In this document: positions 40,112-52,754 of the stretch, piece after piece
Numbering within the stretch: the stretch's first letter is position 1
Layout: the number at the start of each line of letters is the position of its first letter
Assembly (NCBI GenBank): GCA_937895705.1
Contig: CALBKM010000011.1
Span: forward strand, 1,874 to 65,873
DNA from: an uncultured Clostridia bacterium
Lineage (GTDB): Bacteria > Bacillota > Clostridia > Lachnospirales > Lachnospiraceae
Length of the DNA: 64,000 bases
Direction of reading: 5' to 3'
Notes under the pieces: generated by a model
Seen by the model: the letters and a program-made list of their open reading frames with translations, nothing else
Told to the model about the DNA's origin: nothing
The model's database searches: none
Translations under genes and position numbers: made by a program

Positions 40112-40283
40112 GGTTTGCCTCGTAAGATGTGCTTCGTATAGTGTATGGAAGAAATGTGGAAATAATGCTTGATAAAAGGGAAAAAGTATCGTATCATGGA
40201 AATAGAAGAAAGTTGTGAATACAGGTGTTTTACATTTATCTGACGTGCTTGGCGGCGAGAAGGGACACGTCGAAGGAGGAAGA

Positions 40284-41141
40284 ATGAGTAATTTACTGTC
40301 GGGGTTAGAAGAATTGGGACTCGGTGGCGTAAGTGATATGGAAGTTTACGATGATACGGAGACGAAATCCAGACGAAAAAAAGCGGAGGCCGTTGAGGCG
40401 GAGCATCACGAGAAAACGGAGATTGATTATCTGTTTGATAAGACCCATAATTGTCCGGTGTGTGACGAGGAGTTTAAGAGTAGTGCGGTGCGGACCGGTA
40501 AGGCGAAGTTGATCGGTACCGATACGGATTTGCGTCCGCGTTATCAGGGTGTGGACCCGCTTAAGTACGACGCCATTGTGTGTCCGCGTTGCGGCTATGC
40601 AGGTGTGAATCGGTTCTTTACCGCAATTACGACACCGCAGGCAAAGCTTGTGTTGGAGCAGATTTCCAAAAAGTTTCATGCAACGTTGAAGTTGGACGGA
40701 GTATATTCCTATGATGACGCAATTTTGTTTCATCGTCTGGCGCTGGCCAGCGCAGTGGTGAAACGTTCCAAACTAAGCGAACGGGCGTATACCTGTCTGA
40801 AGACCGCGTGGCTTCTTCGGGCCAAGCAGGAGGATCCTGCCACCGAGGAGAAGGAGAAGCCTGCTTTGCAGGAGCAGGAATTGGAGTTTTTAAGCAGTGC
40901 CTATGACGGATTTTCCGAAGCCATGAGCAAGGAGAATTATCCGATTTGCGGCATGGATGAAAACACCATGTTTTGCATGTTGGCGGACATCGGAAGAAGG
41001 GTAGGTCATTATGACGAGGCCGGAAGACTGATTTCCAGAGTAATCGTTTCAAGAAATGCACCGGAACGAATTAAAAACAAAGCCCGGGATATTAAGGAAC
41101 TGATTGTGGAAGATATGGCAAAGGCAAATCAAGCGCAATAA
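40284..41141 (+). CDS. DUF2225-type zinc-ribbon protein
   Basis: NCPVCDEEF...GTDTDLRPRY...YDAIVCPRCGYA followed by a helical (TPR-like) C-terminal half. GAAGGAGG RBS at the ATG at 40284. Confidence 0.65.
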   Translation: MSNLLSGLEELGLGGVSDMEVYDDTETKSRRKKAEAVEAEHHEKTEIDYLFDKTHNCPVCDEEFKSSAVRTGKAKLIGTDTDLRPRYQGVDPLKYDAIVCPRCGYAGVNRFFTAITTPQAKLVLEQISKKFHATLKLDGVYSYDDAILFHRLALASAVVKRSKLSERAYTCLKTAWLLRAKQEDPATEEKEKPALQEQELEFLSSAYDGFSEAMSKENYPICGMDENTMFCMLADIGRRVGHYDEAGRLISRVIVSRNAPERIKNKARDIKELIVEDMAKANQAQ

Positions 41142-41153
41142 GAAACTGACAGT

Positions 41154-41188
41154 GCCGGTTCACCGGAAAGGTGATCCGGCATCTTTTT
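41154..41188 (+). terminator. Intrinsic terminator after the DUF2225 gene
   Basis: Stem gccggttcacc/ggtgatccggc (one mismatch) followed by a T5 run. Confidence 0.6.
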
Positions 41189-41350
41189 CCGTGCAGGCAA
41201 AGTGAGCATGCAAGCAACCGGCGAGAGCTTGCTCTCAGCCGGTAGAGCAGTCATGCGAACGCGCCCACGACCGAGCGGCTATGCAGCGAGGTTGGGAGGC
41301 AGGCGCGTAGCGCAAGCCTGCATGGAACTACATCAGAAAGGAGAAGCAAT

Positions 41351-42064
41351 ATGAAAGAACAGTTATATACGATACCGGTAAGCGAGGCACTGGAAAAGGA
41401 ATGCGAGTGCCCGGTGTGCGCCATGCGCCGGGAATTGGAGAAGGCGTCCTTAGAGTATACTTTGGGACCGAGTTACATGGAAGATGATGTACGGATGGTG
41501 ACGGATAAGGCGGGCTTTTGTCCGGTTCATGCAAAAGAGCTTTATCGCCAGCAGAATCGCCTCGGACTGGCGCTCATTTTAAAGACTCACATGGACCGTA
41601 CTATTAAGGATGTGGAGCGGCTTTCCAAAGGCCCGGTCATGGGGGGCGGACTGTTTAAGAAAAAGTCCGATGCCCCGGTTGTAGAATATATGAAGAAGCT
41701 GGATTGCTCCTGTTTTGTATGCGAACGGGTAGAGAATGTGTTTGAGCGGTATATTGCGACGATTTTCTATTTATACGAAAGGGAAAGTGATTTCAGAGAA
41801 AAGCTTTCAAAGAGCAAGGGCTTTTGTAACGGGCACTATGCTCTTTTATACGAACAGGCGCCGCTTTATTTGTCCGGAAGCGATTTGACGGATTTTGTGG
41901 AGATGCTGAACGATGTGTATCTTTCCAATCTGAAACGTGTGCGGGATGATCTGGAGTGGTTTACCGACAAGTTTGATTATCGGAATGCGGATGCCCCGTG
42001 GAAGAACTCCAAGGATGCCTTGCCGCGGACGCTTCTTAAGACCAACGGAATTTGGGTGGAGTAG
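41351..42064 (+). CDS. Hypothetical Cys/His-rich protein with a duplicated CxCxxC...FCxxH motif
   Basis: CECPVC...FCPVH and CSCFVC...FCNGH. AAAGGAGAAG RBS. The family name is not certain (possibly a Firmicute DUF). Confidence 0.6.
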   Translation: MKEQLYTIPVSEALEKECECPVCAMRRELEKASLEYTLGPSYMEDDVRMVTDKAGFCPVHAKELYRQQNRLGLALILKTHMDRTIKDVERLSKGPVMGGGLFKKKSDAPVVEYMKKLDCSCFVCERVENVFERYIATIFYLYERESDFREKLSKSKGFCNGHYALLYEQAPLYLSGSDLTDFVEMLNDVYLSNLKRVRDDLEWFTDKFDYRNADAPWKNSKDALPRTLLKTNGIWVE

Positions 42065-42213
42065 CAGAAAAAACGAGGGCGGGATTCTCGTTTCGAAACC
42101 TCAATCTCAGGACAGTTTCAGAGAATGATTGAGTAAAACTTAGAATAATCGAGCATATTAGAGTATATGTTAGAAAATGTGCAAATTGATTTGAACTGCC
42201 CGAAGGGAAAAAC

Positions 42214-42242
42214 TTGCAACTTTTTTCCGTAGTATGTAATAT
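42214..42242 (+). promoter_or_regulatory. Sigma-A promoter of groESL
   Basis: TTGCAA, 17-nt spacer, TAATAT, positioned immediately upstream of CIRCE. Confidence 0.6.
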
Positions 42243-42253
42243 ATGGATATCGG

Positions 42254-42280
42254 TTAGCACTCGGAAGGGAAGAGTGCTAA
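42254..42280 (+). promoter_or_regulatory. CIRCE operator (HrcA binding site)
   Basis: TTAGCACTC-N9-GAGTGCTAA, a perfect match to the consensus inverted repeat, 54 nt upstream of groES. Confidence 0.95.
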
Positions 42281-42333
42281 CAAAAAACGACAGAAAGCGG
42301 TGAGGACCGCGCGAAATAGAAGGAGGAATTATC

Positions 42334-42621
42334 ATGAAGTTAGTACCGTTAGGCGATAAGGTGGTATTAAAGCAGTTAGTAGCAGAGGAAACAACGAAGT
42401 CCGGTATCGTATTGCCGGGTCAGGCGAAGGAAAAGCCGCAGCAGGCTGAGGTTGTAGCGGTAGGACCGGGCGGAATGGTAGACGGTAAAGAAATTACCAT
42501 GCAGGTAAAGGTAGGAGATCAGGTTATTTATTCCAAGTACGCAGGTACCGAAGTAAAGCTTGGTGAGGAAGAGTTTATCATCGTAAAGCAAAATGATATT
42601 GTTGCGATTGTTGAGGACTAA
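42334..42621 (+). CDS. groES: Co-chaperonin GroES
   Basis: MKLVPLGDKVVLKQ...ETTKSGIVLPGQAKEKPQQAEVVAVGPG. Confidence 0.98.
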   Translation: MKLVPLGDKVVLKQLVAEETTKSGIVLPGQAKEKPQQAEVVAVGPGGMVDGKEITMQVKVGDQVIYSKYAGTEVKLGEEEFIIVKQNDIVAIVED

Positions 42622-42676
42622 GTATAAGCAGTAACAAGAGGCCGGTGCGGGAGTGCGCCGGAGAAGAAGTGTTTAA

Positions 42677-44326
<1,650 letters not shown>

Positions 44327-44409
44327 AACTCGATAAGATAAACGCCAGAACCTCGGAGGCATTTTTGCCGCCGGGGTATCTGCGTATTGTAAAGGAGAAG
44401 GAGATTTCA

Positions 44410-44913
44410 ATGAACGATTTGTATACGGAGGCAAGTGTAAAGAAAAGAGTGACCGCAACGGACACTTTGATAAAAGTGGTGGTTGTTGTTGCGTTGGTGG
44501 CGATGATTCTTGCAGGTTTTTTATTTAACAAACTGATTACGATACTCGGAGTAGTGGGCATTTTTGTGGCGTACTATCTTTTACCGCAGTTGAATGTCAT
44601 GTATGAGTATGTGTTCTGTGACGGCCAGCTGGATTTTGACAAGATTATGGCCGGTGAGAAGAGAAAGCATATGTATCGTCTGGATTTTGATCATGTGTTG
44701 ATTATGGCACCGGCCAATTCTCATGCGCTTGACGGTTACAAAAGTAATCCGGCGGCAAAAAAGCTTGATTTTACTTCGTTGGAGAAGGACCGCAAGGTAT
44801 ATTGTATTGTAGAGTCCTCGGGAGACTTGCAGACGTTGGTGTATTTCGAGCCGAATGAAAAGATGATTTCTTATATCAAACAAAAGGCGCCGCGGAAGGT
44901 GTCCGAGTATTAA
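44410..44913 (+). CDS. Hypothetical small membrane protein
   Basis: AAGGAGAAGGAG RBS. Start MNDLYTEASVKKR, followed by two hydrophobic helices. No function recognised. Confidence 0.5.
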   Translation: MNDLYTEASVKKRVTATDTLIKVVVVVALVAMILAGFLFNKLITILGVVGIFVAYYLLPQLNVMYEYVFCDGQLDFDKIMAGEKRKHMYRLDFDHVLIMAPANSHALDGYKSNPAAKKLDFTSLEKDRKVYCIVESSGDLQTLVYFEPNEKMISYIKQKAPRKVSEY

Positions 44914-45118
44914 TCAAACATTATTGGGGCTGTTGCAGAGATTGCGCAGCCCTTTTCTCACGTAATCCGGATATAAGTCTTTCTTAAAGTTCGAAAAGCC
45001 TTTACCGATTCGGAAGCTCTGTGTTAGTCTTAAAAGGCACAGAAAAGGGCGGCGTATTCGGTTTTGAAATGTGACAGTCCGTTTCGAATATATTTCTTCA
45101 TATTTCTTTAATTAGCGC

Positions 45119-46677
<1,559 letters not shown>

Positions 46678-46698
46678 GATTTGATTGTGATATGATGG

Positions 46699-46743
46699 AA
46701 GAGAGAACTGTGACGAATAAATCGTTGCAATTCTCTCTTTTTT
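46699..46743 (+). terminator. Probable intrinsic terminator after guaB
   Basis: 9-bp stem aagagagaa/ttctctctt with a large 23-nt loop, followed by a T-run. Confidence 0.45.
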
Positions 46744-46776
46744 GTGGCACTTTCAGTGGATTTTTGCGGAAAAATA

Positions 46777-46805
46777 TTGAAAAATGAATTAAATTGTGGT
46801 AAAAT
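46777..46805 (+). promoter_or_regulatory. Putative sigma-A promoter of the histidine kinase operon
   Basis: TTGAAA, 17-nt spacer, TGgTAAAAT. Confidence 0.4.
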
Positions 46806-46878
46806 AAAGGGTGGAGTGGGGGAATTATGTGTATAGAAGAGAAACGAGTAAATTATCTATGAGGAGAAGGGGGCAAAA

Positions 46879-49494
46879 ATGGATTTGGATATCCTTGTGC
46901 TCGGCTTACAATATATATCGGTTCTGCTTTCTTTCTTTTTTATTGCCTTTGTGGCATATCAAAAAAGATCGGCGTTATGCAGTCACTTGTTAATGTTCTC
47001 TTTGGGAGTGTTGATGAACGGACTGGCATATACCTTTGAATTGCACAGCGGGGTAATTGAAGAAACGTTAATGGCCATCCGGTTCGAGTACATCGGACTT
47101 TGTACGGCCACGACTTGCGCGGTGCTGTTTGTCTGTGAATTATTCCATGTCAACTTGAAAAAATGGATTCGCGGAGTGATGGTTGGTTTCTTTGCTTTAT
47201 CCTGTATTGTTATAACCACAAATGAGTATCATCATCTGCATTATAAAGAAGCTCATTTGGAGCTGCATGATTACATAGCGATATTCAGGATGACTCCGGG
47301 ACCGTATTATGTGGTTCATTCCGTATTTACCCTGATTTCCCTGTCGGTTTGTGTGGGGGTAATTATCTATGCGTGGATCAGGGATTTGAAGTGGAGGGAA
47401 AATTACAAAAAGTATCTGTTCCTTGCGTTGGCGGCGGTGTTTCCGGTGGTGTGCTGGGCGCTTCGCCTGGTAGAAGGATTAAAGGCTTATGATTTGATTC
47501 CTTTCGGTCTGTTCTGGACCAATGCCTTTTTTATACTGATTTTGTACTATTTCCGTTACTTTGACGTGGCGGAAAGCGCGAAAAACGAGGTGCTGGAGAC
47601 GTTAGAAGAGGGAATACTGGTTTGCGACGAAGACGGTAAGATTTTGTATACAAATGAAAGAATGGGGGAGATTTTACAGCGGAAAACGGTAACGACAGTT
47701 TCCGATGTGCTGGAAGAGCTTTCTCCTGCGGATGAAGGAGAATTCCGGATAAACGGTAAGTATTATGCGGTAATCGAGTCGGAAGTGTATGAAGGGGACC
47801 GGGTCAAAGGTAAGACTTGGTGTTTTATCGATATGACACAGACGAAGGAGAAGGAGCAGCAGTTGACGGAGCTTCATCAGGAAGCAATGGCAGCCAATAA
47901 TGCAAAGAGCAATTTCCTTGCCAATATGTCTCATGAAATTCGTACCCCGATTAATACCATTCTCGGAATGGATGAACTGATTTTACGGGAAGCGCAGAAT
48001 ATTAATGTAATTGAATACGCGCAAAACATAAAGAGTGAAGGCAGAACATTGATGTCTTTGATTAACGACCTTCTGGATTTCTCCAAAATCGAATCCGGTA
48101 AGATGGAACTGGCAGAGACGGAATACCGGATGTCTTCCCTTCTTCATGATGTGGTTGCCATGTTTTCCATTAAGGCGGAAGAGAAGGGACTGGATTTTAA
48201 CGTAGAGGTGGCAGAGAACATTCCGGCTGTGTTGTATGGGGATGAAATCCGTATTAAGCAGATTTTAAGCAATTTATTAAGCAATGCGGTGAAATATACG
48301 GAGCGGGGTGAAATCGGTCTTAAGGTGGAATGGGAATCCCGAGGAGGCAAAGATGTATTGTTGTCCATTAAGGTAAAGGATAGCGGCATCGGTATCCGTA
48401 AAGAAGATATGGGGACGATTTTTGATAAGTTCAAGCGTTTTGATGCGGTACGAAATAATAAAATCGAAGGTACCGGATTGGGCATGAACATCACGGCTCA
48501 GTTACTGCAGTTGATGCAGGGTGAGATTTTTGTGGAAAGCAAGTACGGCGTCGGTTCGGAATTCGAAGTGCGTATCCCGCAAGTGATTGTTGATGCGACA
48601 CCGATGGGAAGTTATTCTTACAAAAAGCATACTACGGAGCATGACAGTGTAAGAGAAACGTTTACCGCACCGAAGGGAAAACTGCTTGTGGTAGACGACA
48701 ATATAATGAATCGCGTGGTGGTAAAAGGACTGTTAAAGCAAACGCTGCTTCAGATCGATGAGGCGGAAAACGGGGAGGAGTGTCTGAAGAAAGTCCGGGA
48801 CAATTATTATAATATCATTCTTATGGACCATATGATGCCGGGAATGGACGGAGTGGAAACATTGCAACGGTTGCGTAAACAGGAGGGACCGTGTCAAAAG
48901 ACCGTTGTTATTGTGTTGACGGCAAATGCGGTGGTAGGAGTAAGAGACTTTTATCTGGAACAGGGATTTGACGATTACATGAGCAAGCCAATCAGCGGAA
49001 GGCTGTTGGAAGAGTTACTGTTAAAATATCTACCGGATGATTTGGTTGTAAAACGGGAAGTGTCCGGCGGTATTAATGTTATAAATGCGAAGCAGGAAGG
49101 ATTCCGGCCGAAAGAAATCCGGAATGTGCTGGCGGTTGAGAAAATCGATCTGGACGGAGGTCTGGAGCGCATGAACGGCAGTAGGGATATGTACCGTCGA
49201 TTGGCCCAACTGTTTGCCGATCGATGTGAAGACCGGTTGCGGTTGTTACACGAACATATCCGGAGCGAGGATTTGCCTGCATATGTAGCGCTGTTGCAAT
49301 CACTAAAAAACGAAGCGGAATTGTTGGGAGCCACGGATCTTGCGGAACTTTCCAAAGAACAGGAGAAGATGGGGAAGAAAGGGGATTTGTCCTTTGTAAG
49401 AGACAAGTTTGTACTGCTTTCGGCAGAGTATCAGAGAGTTGCACAGTGCTTTAAAACCTTGTTTGATAACTTTAAAGAAGAAGGAGGTTGCTAG
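46879..49494 (+). CDS. Hybrid sensor histidine kinase (7TM N-terminal sensor - PAS - HisKA - HATPase - REC - Hpt)
   Basis: About 7 TM helices; NMSHEIRTPINTILGM (H-box); GTGLGMNI (G2 box); LLVVDDNIMNR...ILMDHMMPGMDG (REC); C-terminal Hpt-like LQSLKNEAELLGA. Confidence 0.9.
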   Translation: MDLDILVLGLQYISVLLSFFFIAFVAYQKRSALCSHLLMFSLGVLMNGLAYTFELHSGVIEETLMAIRFEYIGLCTATTCAVLFVCELFHVNLKKWIRGVMVGFFALSCIVITTNEYHHLHYKEAHLELHDYIAIFRMTPGPYYVVHSVFTLISLSVCVGVIIYAWIRDLKWRENYKKYLFLALAAVFPVVCWALRLVEGLKAYDLIPFGLFWTNAFFILILYYFRYFDVAESAKNEVLETLEEGILVCDEDGKILYTNERMGEILQRKTVTTVSDVLEELSPADEGEFRINGKYYAVIESEVYEGDRVKGKTWCFIDMTQTKEKEQQLTELHQEAMAANNAKSNFLANMSHEIRTPINTILGMDELILREAQNINVIEYAQNIKSEGRTLMSLINDLLDFSKIESGKMELAETEYRMSSLLHDVVAMFSIKAEEKGLDFNVEVAENIPAVLYGDEIRIKQILSNLLSNAVKYTERGEIGLKVEWESRGGKDVLLSIKVKDSGIGIRKEDMGTIFDKFKRFDAVRNNKIEGTGLGMNITAQLLQLMQGEIFVESKYGVGSEFEVRIPQVIVDATPMGSYSYKKHTTEHDSVRETFTAPKGKLLVVDDNIMNRVVVKGLLKQTLLQIDEAENGEECLKKVRDNYYNIILMDHMMPGMDGVETLQRLRKQEGPCQKTVVIVLTANAVVGVRDFYLEQGFDDYMSKPISGRLLEELLLKYLPDDLVVKREVSGGINVINAKQEGFRPKEIRNVLAVEKIDLDGGLERMNGSRDMYRRLAQLFADRCEDRLRLLHEHIRSEDLPAYVALLQSLKNEAELLGATDLAELSKEQEKMGKKGDLSFVRDKFVLLSAEYQRVAQCFKTLFDNFKEEGGC

Positions 49495-49496
49495 AA

Positions 49497-50381
49497 ATGC
49501 TACAGTTCCTGACTGGATTCTGGTGCGGTTGTATAGCGGCCACACTTGTACTTTGTCTGACGTATTCCAACAAATTAAGGCAGATGAAAGAACGATTGGA
49601 AAAGGTCGAGTCTGCCGGGGGAACTACGGAGTCGAAAGAAAGTAAGAAGTTACCTGCGGATGTGCCAAGGGTTCTTTTGGTTGACGACAGTCGTTTGAGC
49701 AGAACGTTGATGAGGGGGATGTTAGAAAAAAAAGATTTGGAAATCATTGAAGCCGCAAACGGCGCGGAATGTCTGAAAATGGCCCAAAAGTACAGCGTTG
49801 ATCTTATATTTCTGGATCAGAATATGCCGGGGTCGGACGGAGACGAGATACTACAGCTTTTATGGGATAAATGCGGCGTAAAGCATGAAGTACCGGTGGT
49901 GGCGGTAGGGTCTACGATTCGGAAAGCAAACGAAAAAGAATTTCGTCAAAAAGGATATGTGGCTTGTCTCGGAAAGCCGATACAGGAAAACCGTATGGAT
50001 GAGATTCTTGAGCAGGTTCTGACCGGCAGAGAGGAAGAACAGAAGCCGGAGGGATTTTCTTACCGGAACGGTTTGGCGAATTTTGACGGCAATGAAGAGG
50101 TATATAGGGAAACGCTTGTCCTGTTTGCGGAGCTTTGGGCAGAAAGGAAGGAACAATTGCGACAATTTCTGGAAGAAGAAAATATGCCGGAATATGCAAT
50201 CCTGATTCATGCTATAAAGGGAGACGCACGAACCCTCGGTGCAGATGTTCTGGGAGGAATTGCGTATGAACAGGAGTTAAAAGCAAAAGCAGGAAATTAC
50301 GAAGCGGTGAAGGCGGACTTTGAACGGGTAATATTGACGGGAGATAAAACAGCGGAGTATTTTAGACGGATGTTTTCATAA
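49497..50381 (+). CDS. Membrane-anchored response-regulator receiver plus Hpt phosphotransfer protein
   Basis: N-terminal TM; VLLVDDSRLSR...LIFLDQNMPGSDG (REC); HAIKGDARTLGA (Hpt His motif). Start set at the ATG at 49497, 9 nt after GGAGG. Adjacent to the stop codon of the kinase gene. Confidence 0.8.
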   Translation: MLQFLTGFWCGCIAATLVLCLTYSNKLRQMKERLEKVESAGGTTESKESKKLPADVPRVLLVDDSRLSRTLMRGMLEKKDLEIIEAANGAECLKMAQKYSVDLIFLDQNMPGSDGDEILQLLWDKCGVKHEVPVVAVGSTIRKANEKEFRQKGYVACLGKPIQENRMDEILEQVLTGREEEQKPEGFSYRNGLANFDGNEEVYRETLVLFAELWAERKEQLRQFLEEENMPEYAILIHAIKGDARTLGADVLGGIAYEQELKAKAGNYEAVKADFERVILTGDKTAEYFRRMFS

Positions 50382-50400
50382 AACACAGGAGGACAAAGGC

Positions 50401-50772
50401 ATGATGAAGAAAAAGATACTTGCGATTGATGACAGTATAATTGCCCTGAAACAATTGCAAAACATTCTGGAAAAGAAGTTTGAGTTTGTAGGAGTCACCA
50501 GCGGACTGGCAGGATTGAAACGTCTGGACAGCGAGGAGTTTGATTTGGTGTTGCTGGATATTGAGATGCCGGTGATGGATGGGTTTGCCACATTGACTTC
50601 CATCAGGCAGAGAGAAAGCATCAAGGACATTCCGATTATTATTCTGACCGGTACGAGACATAAGCAGAAGGTGATTAAAGGAATCACCAGCGGTGTACAC
50701 GGTTATGTTGTGAAACCGGCGGACTCCGAGTTGTTGATTGCCAAAATAGAGACCGCACTCGGGCTTAGATAA
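50401..50772 (+). CDS. Single-domain (CheY-like) response regulator
   Basis: KILAIDDSIIALK...DLVLLDIEMPVMDG...IIILTG...GYVVKP. Confidence 0.9.
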   Translation: MMKKKILAIDDSIIALKQLQNILEKKFEFVGVTSGLAGLKRLDSEEFDLVLLDIEMPVMDGFATLTSIRQRESIKDIPIIILTGTRHKQKVIKGITSGVHGYVVKPADSELLIAKIETALGLR

Positions 50773-50827
50773 AGCCTAAGATGCTCTTTCACATTTTTTT
50801 CACAGTTATAACAAAAACTCTTCATGG

Positions 50828-50856
50828 TTGCATTGTAGAATAAGATGTGGTATGGT
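50828..50856 (+). promoter_or_regulatory. Putative sigma-A promoter of the ABC/GldG-like operon
   Basis: TTGCAT, 17-nt spacer, TGgTATGGT. Confidence 0.35.
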
Positions 50857-50888
50857 AGGAGAGAAGCAAAAAAAAGGAGGGCACAAAA

Positions 50889-51878
50889 GTGATTGAAGCC
50901 ATTGGATTGGTGAAGGAGTACGGCGACCATGTTGCTGTGGATCACTTGAATTTCAAAGTAGAAAAGGGACAGATTCTCGGCTTTTTAGGACCGAACGGAG
51001 CCGGAAAGTCCACAACCATGAATATGTTAACCGGTTACATATCCGCAACGGAAGGTACGATTTTGGTAAACGGCTATGATATGCTGGAGGAGCCGGAGTA
51101 TGCGAAGCGCAGCATCGGCTATTTGCCGGAGCAGCCGCCGGTGTACCCGGATATGACCGTAACGGAATATTTGCAGTTTGTTACCGAATTAAAGAAGGTG
51201 CCGCGCAAGGATCGTGAGAATGAGGTAAATCGTGTCATTGAAGTGACTCAGTTAGATGCTATGCGGGGCCGTTTGATTCAGCATCTTTCCAAGGGATATC
51301 GTCAGCGTGTAGGCATTGCGCAGGCGCTTGTGGGAAATCCCGAGGTGATTATTCTGGACGAGCCGACGGTAGGTCTGGACCCGAAGCAGATTATCGAAAT
51401 TAGAGAGCTGATGAAGAGTCTGGCGAAAGAACATACTGTTCTGTTGAGTTCTCATATTATGCAGGAAATCAGTGCGGTGTGCGATCATATTATGATTATC
51501 AGCCATGGAAAACTGGTGCTTTCCGGTACTCCGGAGGAGTTACAGAGGCAGGCGAATCAAGGAGAAAATGTAGAGCTTGAAGTTCTCGGAACGAAGGATG
51601 CGGTGATGAAGGTGCTGAGTCCGCTTACCGGGAATTGTGAATTGGAAGAGATTTCTGCGGAATCCGCAAACGGATACGCAGTGAAGATAAAAGGAACCGA
51701 AGATATTCGTGAAAAACTGTTCTTTGCATTTGCAAAGGCAAACCTTCCGGTTGTGAAGCTGGTACGTAATACAAAGACCCTGGAAGATATTTTCTTAGAG
51801 GCGACGTCAGGTACCGGTACATGGGAGAAAACGGTTCCGGATGACCGGGAAACAGAGGAGAAGGAGGCAGTCAAATAA
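50889..51878 (+). CDS. ABC transporter ATP-binding protein
   Basis: GPNGAGKSTT (Walker A); LSKGYRQRVGIA (signature); VIILDEPTVGLD (Walker B). GTG start with a GGAGGG RBS. Confidence 0.95.
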   Translation: MIEAIGLVKEYGDHVAVDHLNFKVEKGQILGFLGPNGAGKSTTMNMLTGYISATEGTILVNGYDMLEEPEYAKRSIGYLPEQPPVYPDMTVTEYLQFVTELKKVPRKDRENEVNRVIEVTQLDAMRGRLIQHLSKGYRQRVGIAQALVGNPEVIILDEPTVGLDPKQIIEIRELMKSLAKEHTVLLSSHIMQEISAVCDHIMIISHGKLVLSGTPEELQRQANQGENVELEVLGTKDAVMKVLSPLTGNCELEEISAESANGYAVKIKGTEDIREKLFFAFAKANLPVVKLVRNTKTLEDIFLEATSGTGTWEKTVPDDRETEEKEAVK

Positions 51879-52741
51879 TGTTAGCGATTTATAAAAAAGA
51901 ATTACGCGCCTATTTCAATTCGATTGTCGGATGGCTGTTTCTGGCGTTTTTTCTGGCTTTTGTAGGGATTTATGTATATCTTTATAATCTGGTAAAAGGA
52001 TATTCCTATATCGGATACGCATTGTCCAGTATTAACTTGATGTTCGTTCTCCTTATCCCGATGGTAACGATGCGAATTATGGCGGAGGAAAAACGACAGA
52101 AAACGGACCAGTTGCTTTTGACGGCTCCGATTCCGATTTGGAAGATTGTCCTGGGTAAGTATCTTGCGTTAGTAACTTTAACGGGAATTGCAATGCTGTT
52201 GATTTGTATTTATCCGTTGTTGTTTGCTCAGTTCGGTATTGTAAATTTCGGAATGTCTTATACTGCTGTTTTAGGCCTGTTTTTGCTTACTTGCGCTTAC
52301 CTTGCAATCGGATTATTCATCTCCAGTCTGACGGAGTCTCAGGCCTTCGCTGCGGTAATGACGTTTATTGTGATTTTGGTTACCTGCCTTGCGGACGGTA
52401 TTGCAAATCTGATTCCGCCGACAGCCAAGGCTGCGTGGATTACGTATTCCGTAATTTGGGCGTTGCTTGCAATCTGGATGTGGCGAGCTATGAAAAATGC
52501 GATTGTGGCATTGTCTGTTTTTGTAATAGGAGAGAGTGCACTGACGGTTTTGTATTTGTTGAAGGGAACGGTGCTGGAAGGTACTGTGGGACATGTGCTC
52601 GGGGCTCTTTCCATTATGTCGGTATGCGACAAGACCATATCGGGTGTGTTTGAGCTCAGAATGCCGGTGTACTATTTGAGTATTGCTTTTGTTTTTTGTT
52701 TCTTAACGTATCAGAATATACGGAAGAGACGATACAGTTAA
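51878..52741 (+). CDS. ABC-2 type transporter permease
   Basis: 287 aa with six hydrophobic segments. Its start overlaps the stop of the ATPase gene. Confidence 0.8.
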   Translation: MLAIYKKELRAYFNSIVGWLFLAFFLAFVGIYVYLYNLVKGYSYIGYALSSINLMFVLLIPMVTMRIMAEEKRQKTDQLLLTAPIPIWKIVLGKYLALVTLTGIAMLLICIYPLLFAQFGIVNFGMSYTAVLGLFLLTCAYLAIGLFISSLTESQAFAAVMTFIVILVTCLADGIANLIPPTAKAAWITYSVIWALLAIWMWRAMKNAIVALSVFVIGESALTVLYLLKGTVLEGTVGHVLGALSIMSVCDKTISGVFELRMPVYYLSIAFVFCFLTYQNIRKRRYS

Positions 52742-52754
52742 GGAGGAGAAAAGA

